From: Gammaproteobacteria bacterium
GTDB lineage: Bacteria > Pseudomonadota > Gammaproteobacteria > Burkholderiales > Nitrosomonadaceae
DNA length: 64,000 nucleotides
Direction of reading: 5' to 3'
NCBI GenBank assembly: GCA_030431985.1
Contig: JAUIIB010000003.1
Coordinates: forward strand, 1-64,000
Shown here one piece after another: positions 1-8,156 of the stretch (position 1 is the stretch's first letter; each line of letters opens with the position of its first letter). Below the pieces are notes generated by a model. The model worked only from the letters and a program-made list of their open reading frames with translations, did no database searches and was not told where the DNA came from. The translations under genes and the position numbers were made by a program.

Positions 1-156
1 TAACTGGAAACAGGCGCTGAATAGATTTACAATCGAATTCGAAGACCGTTTGAAGGACTACACTTAACTCAGACAGTTACACAGAAAACTTTACACTCTC
101 GAACTAGATCATCTTGGTTTTGCTAAGCATGTGCTAACAAAGCTTTACTGTCGTTA

Positions 157-1932
157 CTAGCTAAAATGTTCGGTCAAATAGTCACCTAACTCTTGTACAA
201 AACGCCAAACGTCGTCCTCTCTAGTTGGATTTTCCCTTATAAAGTTTGCCGCTTCATTTGCCCATGCCCACTTTTTTCTTTTTGAAGCAACTATATTACA
301 GCCAGAAAGCCACTCCTCCAGTTCACCTACTTCAACTATAAAGATTCCCATTACACGTAACTTTTTAATGACACTTTTAAGCCGGTCAGCTATATCACTG
401 GGTAGTTTGCTTATCCCACCACTTTTCAAGTCACTCATTCCGTCGAGTGACGAACGTAGCGTAGAAAGATCATTTCTCAGGCTTATATCGTCTCGTCTAG
501 TCCAGCTATACTTTTTAGATGCCATGGCGTTAAGCTTATCAAGCACTTGCTTTTCGGTAATAGTCGGGGGCAGCTTTCGCACTTCTTCAGCTACACTTTC
601 TATTTCTGCCATCAATTCCAAAACAGCAATATTGTCATCACTAATACTGGCAAGCATCTGCTTCATCTTTACTGTATCAGTAATTACGTCCAGATCCGCT
701 ATGATTGCCACAGGAATTCCAAGGATTTTATACATATTGCAAGTGTCAGCTATCCCACCTGTACCGCCAACAGTAGTAAAGTGGATATCAAAATTCTGTT
801 CGACACCTATTTTTTCCCATGCAGCTTGGTAAACTATGCGATCTCCATCACCTTCTACAATCGTTACAGCTTGTGAAAATATCCCGTCTAGAACTGTTTC
901 AGCACGAACAGTTGGTTTTTTCATTGCATCTGCTAATGCTGCAGAATCGACATGCCTAGCCGAGAACCCATCTGAATTTTTTGTTAGCCGTATTATTTGG
1001 AGCTTAGCCGCTGTTTGAATTACACCACGAAGAATTTGACTACTATGGGTGGCTACAAATGTAGCTGTTTGATCTGATGTAGCATTTTGACCTATAAATT
1101 GTCCGAGATTATAAGACTGGGGTGGATGAAGGCACATTTCCGGTTCATCTATTACGCTAACAGGTCTGCGGCCTAATAAGAGGGATATGACAGTTGCAAT
1201 GTATGATTTCATACCGTCACCCTCAGATTCTATAGTACGATATTTTTTCATTTCATGAACTGATAAACGCGCTTCTGCACTAGGAACCTGTCCATCTTCA
1301 CTAACCCTTAGACATAACTTGTTTCCTCTAGAACCATCTGACCAAATGGCTTTTGAAAATGATCTCTGTGATTCTTTTGTTAACGCGTCACGAGCAACAT
1401 CATTTAAATGTAGCGCATGAAGATCATTGCCAGGTGCCTGCTTTTCGAAATCAATCATACCCACTGAAACCAAACTGGTTAAACGATTCTCAAGAAATAG
1501 TGCGGTAACTAAAAATTTACTAGTCCAATCAAAGTACTCATTCTTGCGTTTTTTAGAGGTTGCTGTCGCTGATTTACTTTGCAATTGTTGGAGTTGTTGG
1601 GAACCTATATTTTTAGCACCTTGACCAGTGCCAAGAGATGTTGTCATAGGAATATACTGCTCTTGATCGTTGTCATCCCACATACTATACATGTAGCCCT
1701 CTTGCTTTAAACATCTTAGAAATGGGTCGAGTTCTGGGGTTTCTATTTCTAGATCAGAAGCAACAACAAGCTCTCTTGGTTCGCCAGATATTCTTTCCTT
1801 AATATCACGCAAAAGTTGGCTTTTTCCTGACGAGTTCGGCCCAACAATTACCGTCAACCCGGTACAGAAAATTTCCCCTAACCCCGGTAATTCAAGACGT
1901 TTTATCGGTTTAAAATCGGTTAGTTTTTCCAT
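157..1932 (-). CDS. OLD-family (overcoming lysogenization defect) ATPase/TOPRIM nuclease, class-1-like stand-alone
   Basis: 591 aa. N-terminal ABC/AAA_21-type ATPase with Walker A GPNSSGKSQ, signature-like SEGDGMKSY and Walker B/D-loop VSVIDEPEMCLHP. C-terminal TOPRIM with catalytic Glu (TIVEGDGDR) and DxD (ADLDVITD). Length close to phage P2 Old. Confidence 0.6.
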   Translation of the reverse strand: MEKLTDFKPIKRLELPGLGEIFCTGLTVIVGPNSSGKSQLLRDIKERISGEPRELVVASDLEIETPELDPFLRCLKQEGYMYSMWDDNDQEQYIPMTTSLGTGQGAKNIGSQQLQQLQSKSATATSKKRKNEYFDWTSKFLVTALFLENRLTSLVSVGMIDFEKQAPGNDLHALHLNDVARDALTKESQRSFSKAIWSDGSRGNKLCLRVSEDGQVPSAEARLSVHEMKKYRTIESEGDGMKSYIATVISLLLGRRPVSVIDEPEMCLHPPQSYNLGQFIGQNATSDQTATFVATHSSQILRGVIQTAAKLQIIRLTKNSDGFSARHVDSAALADAMKKPTVRAETVLDGIFSQAVTIVEGDGDRIVYQAAWEKIGVEQNFDIHFTTVGGTGGIADTCNMYKILGIPVAIIADLDVITDTVKMKQMLASISDDNIAVLELMAEIESVAEEVRKLPPTITEKQVLDKLNAMASKKYSWTRRDDISLRNDLSTLRSSLDGMSDLKSGGISKLPSDIADRLKSVIKKLRVMGIFIVEVGELEEWLSGCNIVASKRKKWAWANEAANFIRENPTREDDVWRFVQELGDYLTEHFS

Positions 1933-2177
1933 GATATCCTAACTTTAGTGTTATCAAAATTCATTGGCGCTATGGTAAGCATTTTCATACTTACCTTGGA
2001 TTGAAATCAGATGCTCAACATAATACAGAATATCACTGCATCCAATTTTCTTTTTGTTTCCATGAGCATAATGGAGAACCATAGCATGTGGTACATACAT
2101 TCTGATAATGTTTACGTCCAAGATGAATTTTGATTGTTGGAGTTGAGCGGCGATACGTTTTGATGGTGTGGTGAAGG

Positions 2178-2492
2178 TTGGAACGGATTATTGTTCCCGT
2201 AGGCCACACCATCGGCGAGAGGTATGCAACAGGAGAGCGCAGCTGTACGTCGTCAGATAATTTTAATCAGAATATCAATGTAGGACTTGTAAAACTTCCA
2301 GGGCCCAATCTATCGGATGGTCCTTATTTACACCCTTATTCTCTTTCACAACTTATTCACATCAAGTTAAAGCTAAATGCCAAGGTTTTCTTTGCCAGCA
2401 GATTATTTGTTGTTCCTGAACCCGGCACACTCACACTGATAACGCTTGGTATGTTTGCGCTCTTTTATTACATCAGGAGAAGACATTATTAG
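2178..2492 (+). pseudogene. PEP-CTERM protein C-terminal remnant (exosortase sorting signal); no signal peptide
   Basis: C-terminus ...VVPEPGTLTLITLGMFALFYYIRRRHY has a PEP motif, a hydrophobic helix and an Arg cluster. The 104-aa ORF has no N-terminal signal peptide, so a fragment or relic is likely. Confidence 0.4.
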
Positions 2493-2504
2493 AATGAATA
2501 AAAA

Positions 2505-2535
2505 AGGCCGGATCAAGGGGAATCCGGCCTTTATA
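2505..2535. terminator. Rho-independent terminator hairpin (GGCCGGAT...ATCCGGCC) flanked by an A-run and a T-run; possibly bidirectional
   Basis: Perfect 8-bp GC-rich inverted repeat with an 8-nt loop, followed by TTTAT on the + strand and preceded by AAAAAA. Confidence 0.5.
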
Positions 2536-2847
2536 CAACGCTCATTTATTCGCTTTTTTGGAAAGCAATTCTATTAACGGCAGGTTTGGTGTTAAGGTTT
2601 AAGCCCTTACTATTAATTAGTGTGCCGAGATTTTAATAAGGTCTTTACAGCGTACAGCGTCGGTCAATGTATAAAGCTGTCAACTGGGAGTATGAGAGAA
2701 ATTATAGTTTAGAAGAGTGAGCGCGAGTGTGCTGTGTTTCAACAGATATTACATTGTCTAATACTTCATACATAAATTCCTTAACCCCGGGCGCACTAGA
2801 ACCACGAGGGACGGCAACATTCAGAACCTGAATTTAACTACTACAAA

Positions 2848-4446
2848 TTACCGTAACTCTGAGAAAGTCAGATTAAATCGTTGGAGAAATACTTTAAGAC
2901 GATTGGTATCGTTGCTACTGTTTTTTTTGAGCCTTGAAACATTGAACAAGATTCGTCCTGCTTCGGCAATGGTTTTGCAGTTTCTGCAGACCTGAATAAC
3001 TTGCGAAAGTTGATATTGCTCGAACAAGTCTATTTGTTCTATTGCTTCATCGCTTAAATAACTGTTTAAAATATTGTGTTGGTCGGCTTTATCTGCTGAT
3101 AGCCCCTTCCAGTCGGCTTGTAACCGTCCAATTTCATTGATAACAATTTCTTCAGTAATTCGCCCGCCATGCGCTAAAATTGCCATACGAATCACGCTTG
3201 CATTTAGGTCTCTGAAGTTTCCATGCCAAATTGCATTGGGCGCCATGCCGAAGTCCAAATAGCGTTTTAACGCCGCTTGATTAAAGCTGACTTTATAGCC
3301 AACCAGTTGTGTGATTTTTTGGAGCTCGTAGTGTAGATTGGGCTCCAGATCTTCAATCCTGTCTTTAAGTGATGGCAGCTCATAAGTCCAGAGATTAATA
3401 CGTGCCAACAAATCCTCTCTGAATCTGCCGTTTTTGACATGCTCATGCAGTCTGCGATTGGTTCCGGCAATCAGTTGAAAGTCGCTACTAACCTCCTTGT
3501 CGCCACCAAAAGGCATAAATACTTTATCTTCCAGAGCGCGTAGTAGCATGGCTTGTTCGTCCAGCCCTAATTCGCCGACTTCATCTAAAAACAATAGTCC
3601 GTTATTTGCCTCACGGAGCAACCCTGTTCGGTCATTTTGCGCACCGGTAAATGCGCCTTTTACATGCCCAAACAATGCAGACATGGCGTTATCACCTCGT
3701 AAGGTTGCGCAGTTTACTTCAACCAAACGACCACTCAAATGCATACGTTGTTGTTTTAAGGCATAGATTCTCTTTGCCAAACGTGATTTACCTGCCCCAG
3801 TCGGACCAGTGAGCAGAATTGGTGCGCTCGAGCGTAATGCTACGCGTTCAATCTGCTCTATCATTTGATTAAATGCAACATTACGGGTTTCGATACCGCC
3901 TTTAAGATATTTATTGGCTTCCATTGCTTCTTTTGCAAAGCGTGAGGCAATTTGATCATATTTTGATAAATCGAGATCAATGATGCGCATAGATCCATAT
4001 AAAGCATCAGGTTCACCTTGTTTTCCAGGTGAAGTTTGCAATAACTTTGCAGGTATGTATCTTGCCTCAGTCAGTAAGAACAAACAAATTTGTGCAACAT
4101 GTGTACCTGTAGTGATGTGAACATGGTAATTCTCATGTTCTGGATCAAAGGAATAAGTGTCTGCAAATGTATGCAGTTGACTGTAAACCGTTTCAAAATC
4201 CCAAGGATTTTCATAATCAACAGAATATAAGTTGACTTCAGTCTTTGGTGAAAGCTCACGTATATCTGCCGCCGTTAATTCTGCGAGTTGCCGTTCGTTG
4301 ATATGGTGTATAAGTTCTAAGCGAGCAAGGGAAAAATCTTTTTGCATTGCAATTGATACTGTAGGCCGCCATCGGCCATACCTGCGCATCCCTAATCCAC
4401 CATGATCCAGTCTCGAACCTAAAATACCAATTACAATATTATTCAT
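2848..4446 (-). CDS. rtcR: RtcR, sigma54-dependent transcriptional activator of the RNA repair operon (N-terminal CARF domain, central AAA+ sigma54 activator, C-terminal HTH)
   Basis: Collinear similarity to E. coli RtcR throughout, including N-terminal CARF (IGILGSRLD..WRPT..), TGPTGAGKS Walker A, the GAFTGA motif and a C-terminal HTH. Divergent from rtcB. Confidence 0.85.
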   Translation of the reverse strand: MNNIVIGILGSRLDHGGLGMRRYGRWRPTVSIAMQKDFSLARLELIHHINERQLAELTAADIRELSPKTEVNLYSVDYENPWDFETVYSQLHTFADTYSFDPEHENYHVHITTGTHVAQICLFLLTEARYIPAKLLQTSPGKQGEPDALYGSMRIIDLDLSKYDQIASRFAKEAMEANKYLKGGIETRNVAFNQMIEQIERVALRSSAPILLTGPTGAGKSRLAKRIYALKQQRMHLSGRLVEVNCATLRGDNAMSALFGHVKGAFTGAQNDRTGLLREANNGLLFLDEVGELGLDEQAMLLRALEDKVFMPFGGDKEVSSDFQLIAGTNRRLHEHVKNGRFREDLLARINLWTYELPSLKDRIEDLEPNLHYELQKITQLVGYKVSFNQAALKRYLDFGMAPNAIWHGNFRDLNASVIRMAILAHGGRITEEIVINEIGRLQADWKGLSADKADQHNILNSYLSDEAIEQIDLFEQYQLSQVIQVCRNCKTIAEAGRILFNVSRLKKNSSNDTNRLKVFLQRFNLTFSELR

Positions 4447-4580
4447 AAAAGTAATTATCTATTTATTTTAATAGATTTATTATAAGTTTAATTTATGTTA
4501 TTGAGAATTAAATTTTGATGAAAAATATATTTATTAACAAAAACAATATTTTATTAATTTTTCCATAGATTTCTGAATTC

Positions 4581-4596
4581 TGGCACAGCGATTGCT
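4581..4596 (+). promoter_or_regulatory. sigma54 (-24/-12) promoter TGGCAC-N5-TTGC upstream of rtcB
   Basis: tggcacagcgattgct matches the RpoN consensus TGGCAC N5 TTGCW. It lies ~110 nt upstream of the rtcB ATG in an AT-rich intergenic region adjacent to rtcR. Confidence 0.6.
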
Positions 4597-4707
4597 GTAA
4601 CTAATAGCAACCGAGTATTAAGCTGCTCAACTAAAAACACGTTTCGATAAAGTGTCGAGCACAAGAATCTAACCCGTAACTCGGATCAAAGTTCAGAAGG
4701 AGAAAAG

Positions 4708-5934
4708 ATGGATACCAAATACGAAGTCATCGCCGAGCAAAACCAAGCTGTGGTCAAATCATGGACGCGAGGCGTAACGTTTGACGACAACGCACGAAAA
4801 CAGGTACGTCAACTCGCGAGCATGCCTTTCATTCATCAACATATCGCAATAATGCCGGATGTGCACTTAGGTAAAGGTGCAACAATAGGTAGTGTTATTC
4901 CAACAATAGGCGCGGTGATTCCTGCTGCAGTCGGTGTTGATTTGGGTTGCGGGATGATGGCTGTGAGAACCAGTCTAAATGCATGTGATTTACCAGACTC
5001 ACTGATTAATCTACGCCACGAAATTGAGAAAAATGTGCCACATGGTCGTTCCGCCAACTACCAACATGGACGGGACAAAGGAAGCTGGAACAATCTTCCT
5101 GAAGACGTGGAGCAAGCTTGGCTAAGCTTAGATGACGGTTTTAATCGTCTATGTGAAAAACATCCATTTCTAAAAAACACCAATAATAAACAGCACCTAG
5201 GAACACTCGGAACCGGGAATCACTTTATTGAATTGTGTTTGGATGAATCAGATAACGTTTGGGTTATGTTACATAGCGGATCACGTGGTGTAGGCAACAA
5301 GATTGGTTCTGAGTTTATTCAAAAAGCAAAGAAAGATATGGAGCGTTGGTTTATTCATTTGCCTGACAAAGATTTAGCTTATATTCCAGAGGGTAGTCAG
5401 CATTTTGGCGACTACATTTCAGCCGTTTCATGGGCACAGGATTTTGCCAGGGCAAACCGTCAGGTAATGATGAACCGGACATTGACGGCATTACAGAAAA
5501 TCATAACCAAGCCTTTTTCAACAGCACTAGAAGCGGTCAACTGCCACCACAACTATATTAGCCGCGAACACCATTTTGGCAGTGATGTTTGGGTAACTCG
5601 GAAAGGTGCAGTCTCTGCCAGACTGGATGAGATGGGGATTATTCCAGGCAGTATGGGAGCGAAGTCATTTATTGTACGCGGTCTTGGTAACAGTGAAAGC
5701 TTTTGTAGCTGTAGTCACGGCGCAGGACGGATAATGTCCCGCAAAGAAGCGAAGCACCTTGTATCCATGGAAGAACATCTGGCTGCCACAGCGGAAGTGG
5801 AATGCCGTAAAGACGAAAGCGTGATTGATGAAACACCATCTGCTTACAAAGATATTGAAAAGGTAATGGCAGCACAATCTGATTTAGTTGAAATTGTACA
5901 TACATTAAAGCAAGTCGTTTGCGTAAAGGGATAA
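4708..5934 (+). CDS. rtcB: RNA-splicing ligase RtcB (3'-phosphate/2',3'-cyclic phosphate to 5'-OH RNA ligase)
   Basis: 408 aa. N-terminus MPFIHQHIAIMPDVHLGKGATIGSVIPT and overall collinearity with E. coli RtcB. RBS AAGGAG upstream. Confidence 0.9.
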   Translation: MDTKYEVIAEQNQAVVKSWTRGVTFDDNARKQVRQLASMPFIHQHIAIMPDVHLGKGATIGSVIPTIGAVIPAAVGVDLGCGMMAVRTSLNACDLPDSLINLRHEIEKNVPHGRSANYQHGRDKGSWNNLPEDVEQAWLSLDDGFNRLCEKHPFLKNTNNKQHLGTLGTGNHFIELCLDESDNVWVMLHSGSRGVGNKIGSEFIQKAKKDMERWFIHLPDKDLAYIPEGSQHFGDYISAVSWAQDFARANRQVMMNRTLTALQKIITKPFSTALEAVNCHHNYISREHHFGSDVWVTRKGAVSARLDEMGIIPGSMGAKSFIVRGLGNSESFCSCSHGAGRIMSRKEAKHLVSMEEHLAATAEVECRKDESVIDETPSAYKDIEKVMAAQSDLVEIVHTLKQVVCVKG

Positions 5935-6068
5935 GTCTATAAATTAGATACAAAAGCATCACATAAGAATTTGGTCAGTTTTTTCGTTAGCGGAGCTGGT
6001 TCAAAATCCAGCCCGACACAGTTTAAGTTTATAAATTTGTGTATCAACGCTAAAAACAACCAAGTAAT

Positions 6069-6146
6069 GCGACTATAGCTCAGCCAGGCAGAGCAACGGA
6101 AACAAAATTTCCGCAGGTCGCTGGTTCGAATCCAGCTAGTCGCGCC
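6069..6146 (+). tRNA. tRNA-like element 1 (probable pseudo-tRNA): canonical acceptor, D and T arms but a 2-nt expanded anticodon arm (9-nt loop, or 7-bp stem with 5-nt loop CAAAA), no U33
   Basis: GCGACTA/TAGTCGC 7-bp acceptor, GCTC..GAGC D-stem, GCTGG-TTCGAAT-CCAGC T-arm and AGGTC variable loop. The anticodon region ACGGA-AACAAAATT-TCCGC has no canonical 7-nt loop. Confidence 0.45.
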
Positions 6147-6222
6147 TTCACTGTAGCTCAGTTAGGTAGAGCAGTTGATGATTAATCAACCTGTCGGCGG
6201 TTCGAATCCGCCCGTGAAACCA
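6147..6222 (+). tRNA. tRNA-like element 2 (probable pseudo-tRNA): cloverleaf with encoded CCA, but a bulged acceptor stem and an anticodon loop TGATTAA lacking U33 (alternatively a 6-bp stem with 5-nt loop)
   Basis: D-arm GCTC-AGTTAGGTA-GAGC, anticodon arm GTTGA-TGATTAA-TCAAC, T-arm GGCGG-TTCGAAT-CCGCC. Acceptor TTCACTG/CGTGAA pairs only with a bulge. Confidence 0.45.
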
Positions 6223-6514
6223 CCCTGTAAAGGTGTTTTAAGTTGGGAAGCTAATCATAGCGAGTTGGTTCGAGTCCAACACATTAAAGTAATACCAAGG
6301 TGCTCTCCCTCGAATGTAGCAAGTCAAGTATGACGATAGATAGATAATTAATTATTTTCATACTCCGATTTTCTGCAATCGGCTTCGGGTTTGCCATCAC
6401 TGAGGGTTTGTTTGTTGCGGAATAATAGACAGTTTACCCGATTCCCCAGCTTGCACAATTAGCCATGCCAGGCACGAAGTATAGGAAGCACCATATATCT
6501 AATTGGAGAAAAAA

Positions 6515-7657
6515 ATGTTATTTCAACAAAAATTTATAATCTCAGAAAATCAAAAAGGATTGCTATATAAGGACAAAAAATTCTTCAAGGTTCTTGATGC
6601 AGGGAAATATCGCTTCTGGTCTGTCGACAATAATTATGAATTAAAGCTAGTTGAATCGATAGTACTGAATCGCGAAATTACGAATGAAGACTTATTATCC
6701 GTCGTTGAATCACACACATCTGAATTTGCTCAGCATGTTACTCTTTGGGAAACCAGTGCCGAAGAAATCGGGTTGATCTATGAACAAAATGTGTTGAAAG
6801 ACATTAAATTATCAAGTCAACATGGCGCCTTCTGGAAAAATGTTCGTGAAATCCGTATCGATAAAATCAATATCAGCAGCGATTTCAACATTTCCCAACG
6901 TATGGCTGCACTTATGCTGGACGCCGAAAACGCAACACTACGCCAATCGGCCAGTAAAACAATTTATGCAGTTACAGTACCGGAAGATCATATCGGATTC
7001 TTGGAAATCGACGGCAAAGTTTCAAAAACATTAGATACAGGATCTTATGCCTGGTGGAAATTTAGCCGCACACTAAATGTCAAATTGTTTGATATGCGTT
7101 TACAAAATATGGAAGTCAATGGGCAAGAAATACTGACCAAAGATAAAGTAAGCCTGCGTATTAATTTGTCCGCAACCTGGAAAATTGCCAACGCTAATCT
7201 GGTGCGCCAATCATTGACAGATCACAACGACTATTTGTATCGTGAAATGCAACTGGCTTTACGCACCGTCGTATCAACACAAACGTTAGACCAATTACTG
7301 GCAGATAAAAACCTGTTAAATAGCCAGGTAAAAGCATTAGTTTCAACCAAAGCGCAGGAATATGGCATTAGTGTTAAAACGGTAGGAGCCCGTGATATTG
7401 TATTACCTGGTGAAATGAAATCAATTTTGGCTCAGGTAGTTGAAGCAGAAAAAATGGCCGAAGCTAATTTAATTAAACGTCGCGAAGAGACACAAGCTAC
7501 CCGTTCATTGCATAACACAGCCAAAGTAATGGAAAACAATCCTATTCTCTTGCGGTTAAAGGAACTGGAAAGCTTGGAAAAAATTACAGGTCATATTAAT
7601 ACACTCAATGTTTATGGCGGCTTGGATGGTGTTATGAACGACATGATTAAACTGTAG
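6515..7657 (+). CDS. SPFH/band-7 (stomatin/prohibitin/flotillin-like) domain protein with a ~190-aa N-terminal domain of unknown function; no predicted TM segment
   Basis: C-terminal half (..TKDKVSLRINLSATWKI..GISVKTVGARDIVLPGEMK..AEANLIKRREETQATR) matches SPFH domain architecture. The ATG at 6515 is preceded by GGAG, and the upstream in-frame TTG at 6503 is less likely. Confidence 0.6.
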   Translation: MLFQQKFIISENQKGLLYKDKKFFKVLDAGKYRFWSVDNNYELKLVESIVLNREITNEDLLSVVESHTSEFAQHVTLWETSAEEIGLIYEQNVLKDIKLSSQHGAFWKNVREIRIDKINISSDFNISQRMAALMLDAENATLRQSASKTIYAVTVPEDHIGFLEIDGKVSKTLDTGSYAWWKFSRTLNVKLFDMRLQNMEVNGQEILTKDKVSLRINLSATWKIANANLVRQSLTDHNDYLYREMQLALRTVVSTQTLDQLLADKNLLNSQVKALVSTKAQEYGISVKTVGARDIVLPGEMKSILAQVVEAEKMAEANLIKRREETQATRSLHNTAKVMENNPILLRLKELESLEKITGHINTLNVYGGLDGVMNDMIKL

Positions 7658-7784
7658 TAGTTCAGCCTATTCTGTCCAACTTAGGCTAACGGGGGTACAG
7701 CTCTTATTGCTGACTTATTTGGTGACTTTATGGTGACTCGTTGCGATGGCATCCTTGCTGTTTAATTATAAGTCACTGTTTATT

Positions 7785-7834
7785 TGGCGCTATTGAGAGG
7801 AGTCGAACCTCCGACCTACTGATTACGAATCAGC
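7785..7834 (-). pseudogene. Truncated tRNA 3' fragment (tRNA-Thr(CGT)-like anticodon arm, variable loop, T-arm, acceptor 3' strand and CCA; 5' acceptor strand and D-arm absent)
   Basis: Minus strand reads GCTGA-TTCGTAA-TCAGT AGGTC GGAGG-TTCGACT-CCTCT CAATAGC G CCA. No complementary 5' acceptor strand or D-arm lies upstream. Confidence 0.5.
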
Positions 7835-7989
7835 GATTTTTTGCTTTTTATAATCTTTTGAAGGTGCTCACATTTTATTTATCCACTGATGTTCGCAACT
7901 ATCCGGCAGCATAAGATGGGTAGAGCGCTGGGTATAATAAATCACAAATTTATTTTATTATTTATTTACAGACAGATATATTGTTTTAA

Positions 7990-8082
7990 TGGCGGAGACT
8001 GAGGGATTCGAACCCTCGATGAGGCTATAAACCCCATACTCCCTTAGCAGGGGAGCGCCTTCAGCCACTCGGCCAAGTCTCC
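7990..8082 (-). tRNA. tRNA-Ser (anticodon GCT), class II with long variable arm
   Basis: Minus strand: GGAGACT acceptor, 3-bp D-stem, anticodon arm CTCCC-CTGCTAA-GGGAG, long variable arm, T-arm GAGGG-TTCGAAT-CCCTC, then AGTCTCC-G-CCA. Confidence 0.9.
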
Positions 8083-8156
8083 GAAAATGAGGAATCAGCA
8101 TAATAATATGCTGTTGTTTTATGTTACTGAATTATAAAAGCGACATTGTATAGAAT

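Noticed and set aside
368-1624. Several plus-strand ORFs (154, 109, 60, 65 aa) inside the OLD-family gene
   Set aside because: Antisense overlaps with low-complexity, Ser/Leu/Ile-rich translations, typical shadow ORFs of a minus-strand gene.
6243-6290. Third tRNA-like copy considered as an independent tRNA gene
   Set aside because: Only a short hairpin plus T-arm (GTTGG-TTCGAGT-CCAAC), with no acceptor or D-arm. It is kept as part of the decayed array and not called as a gene.
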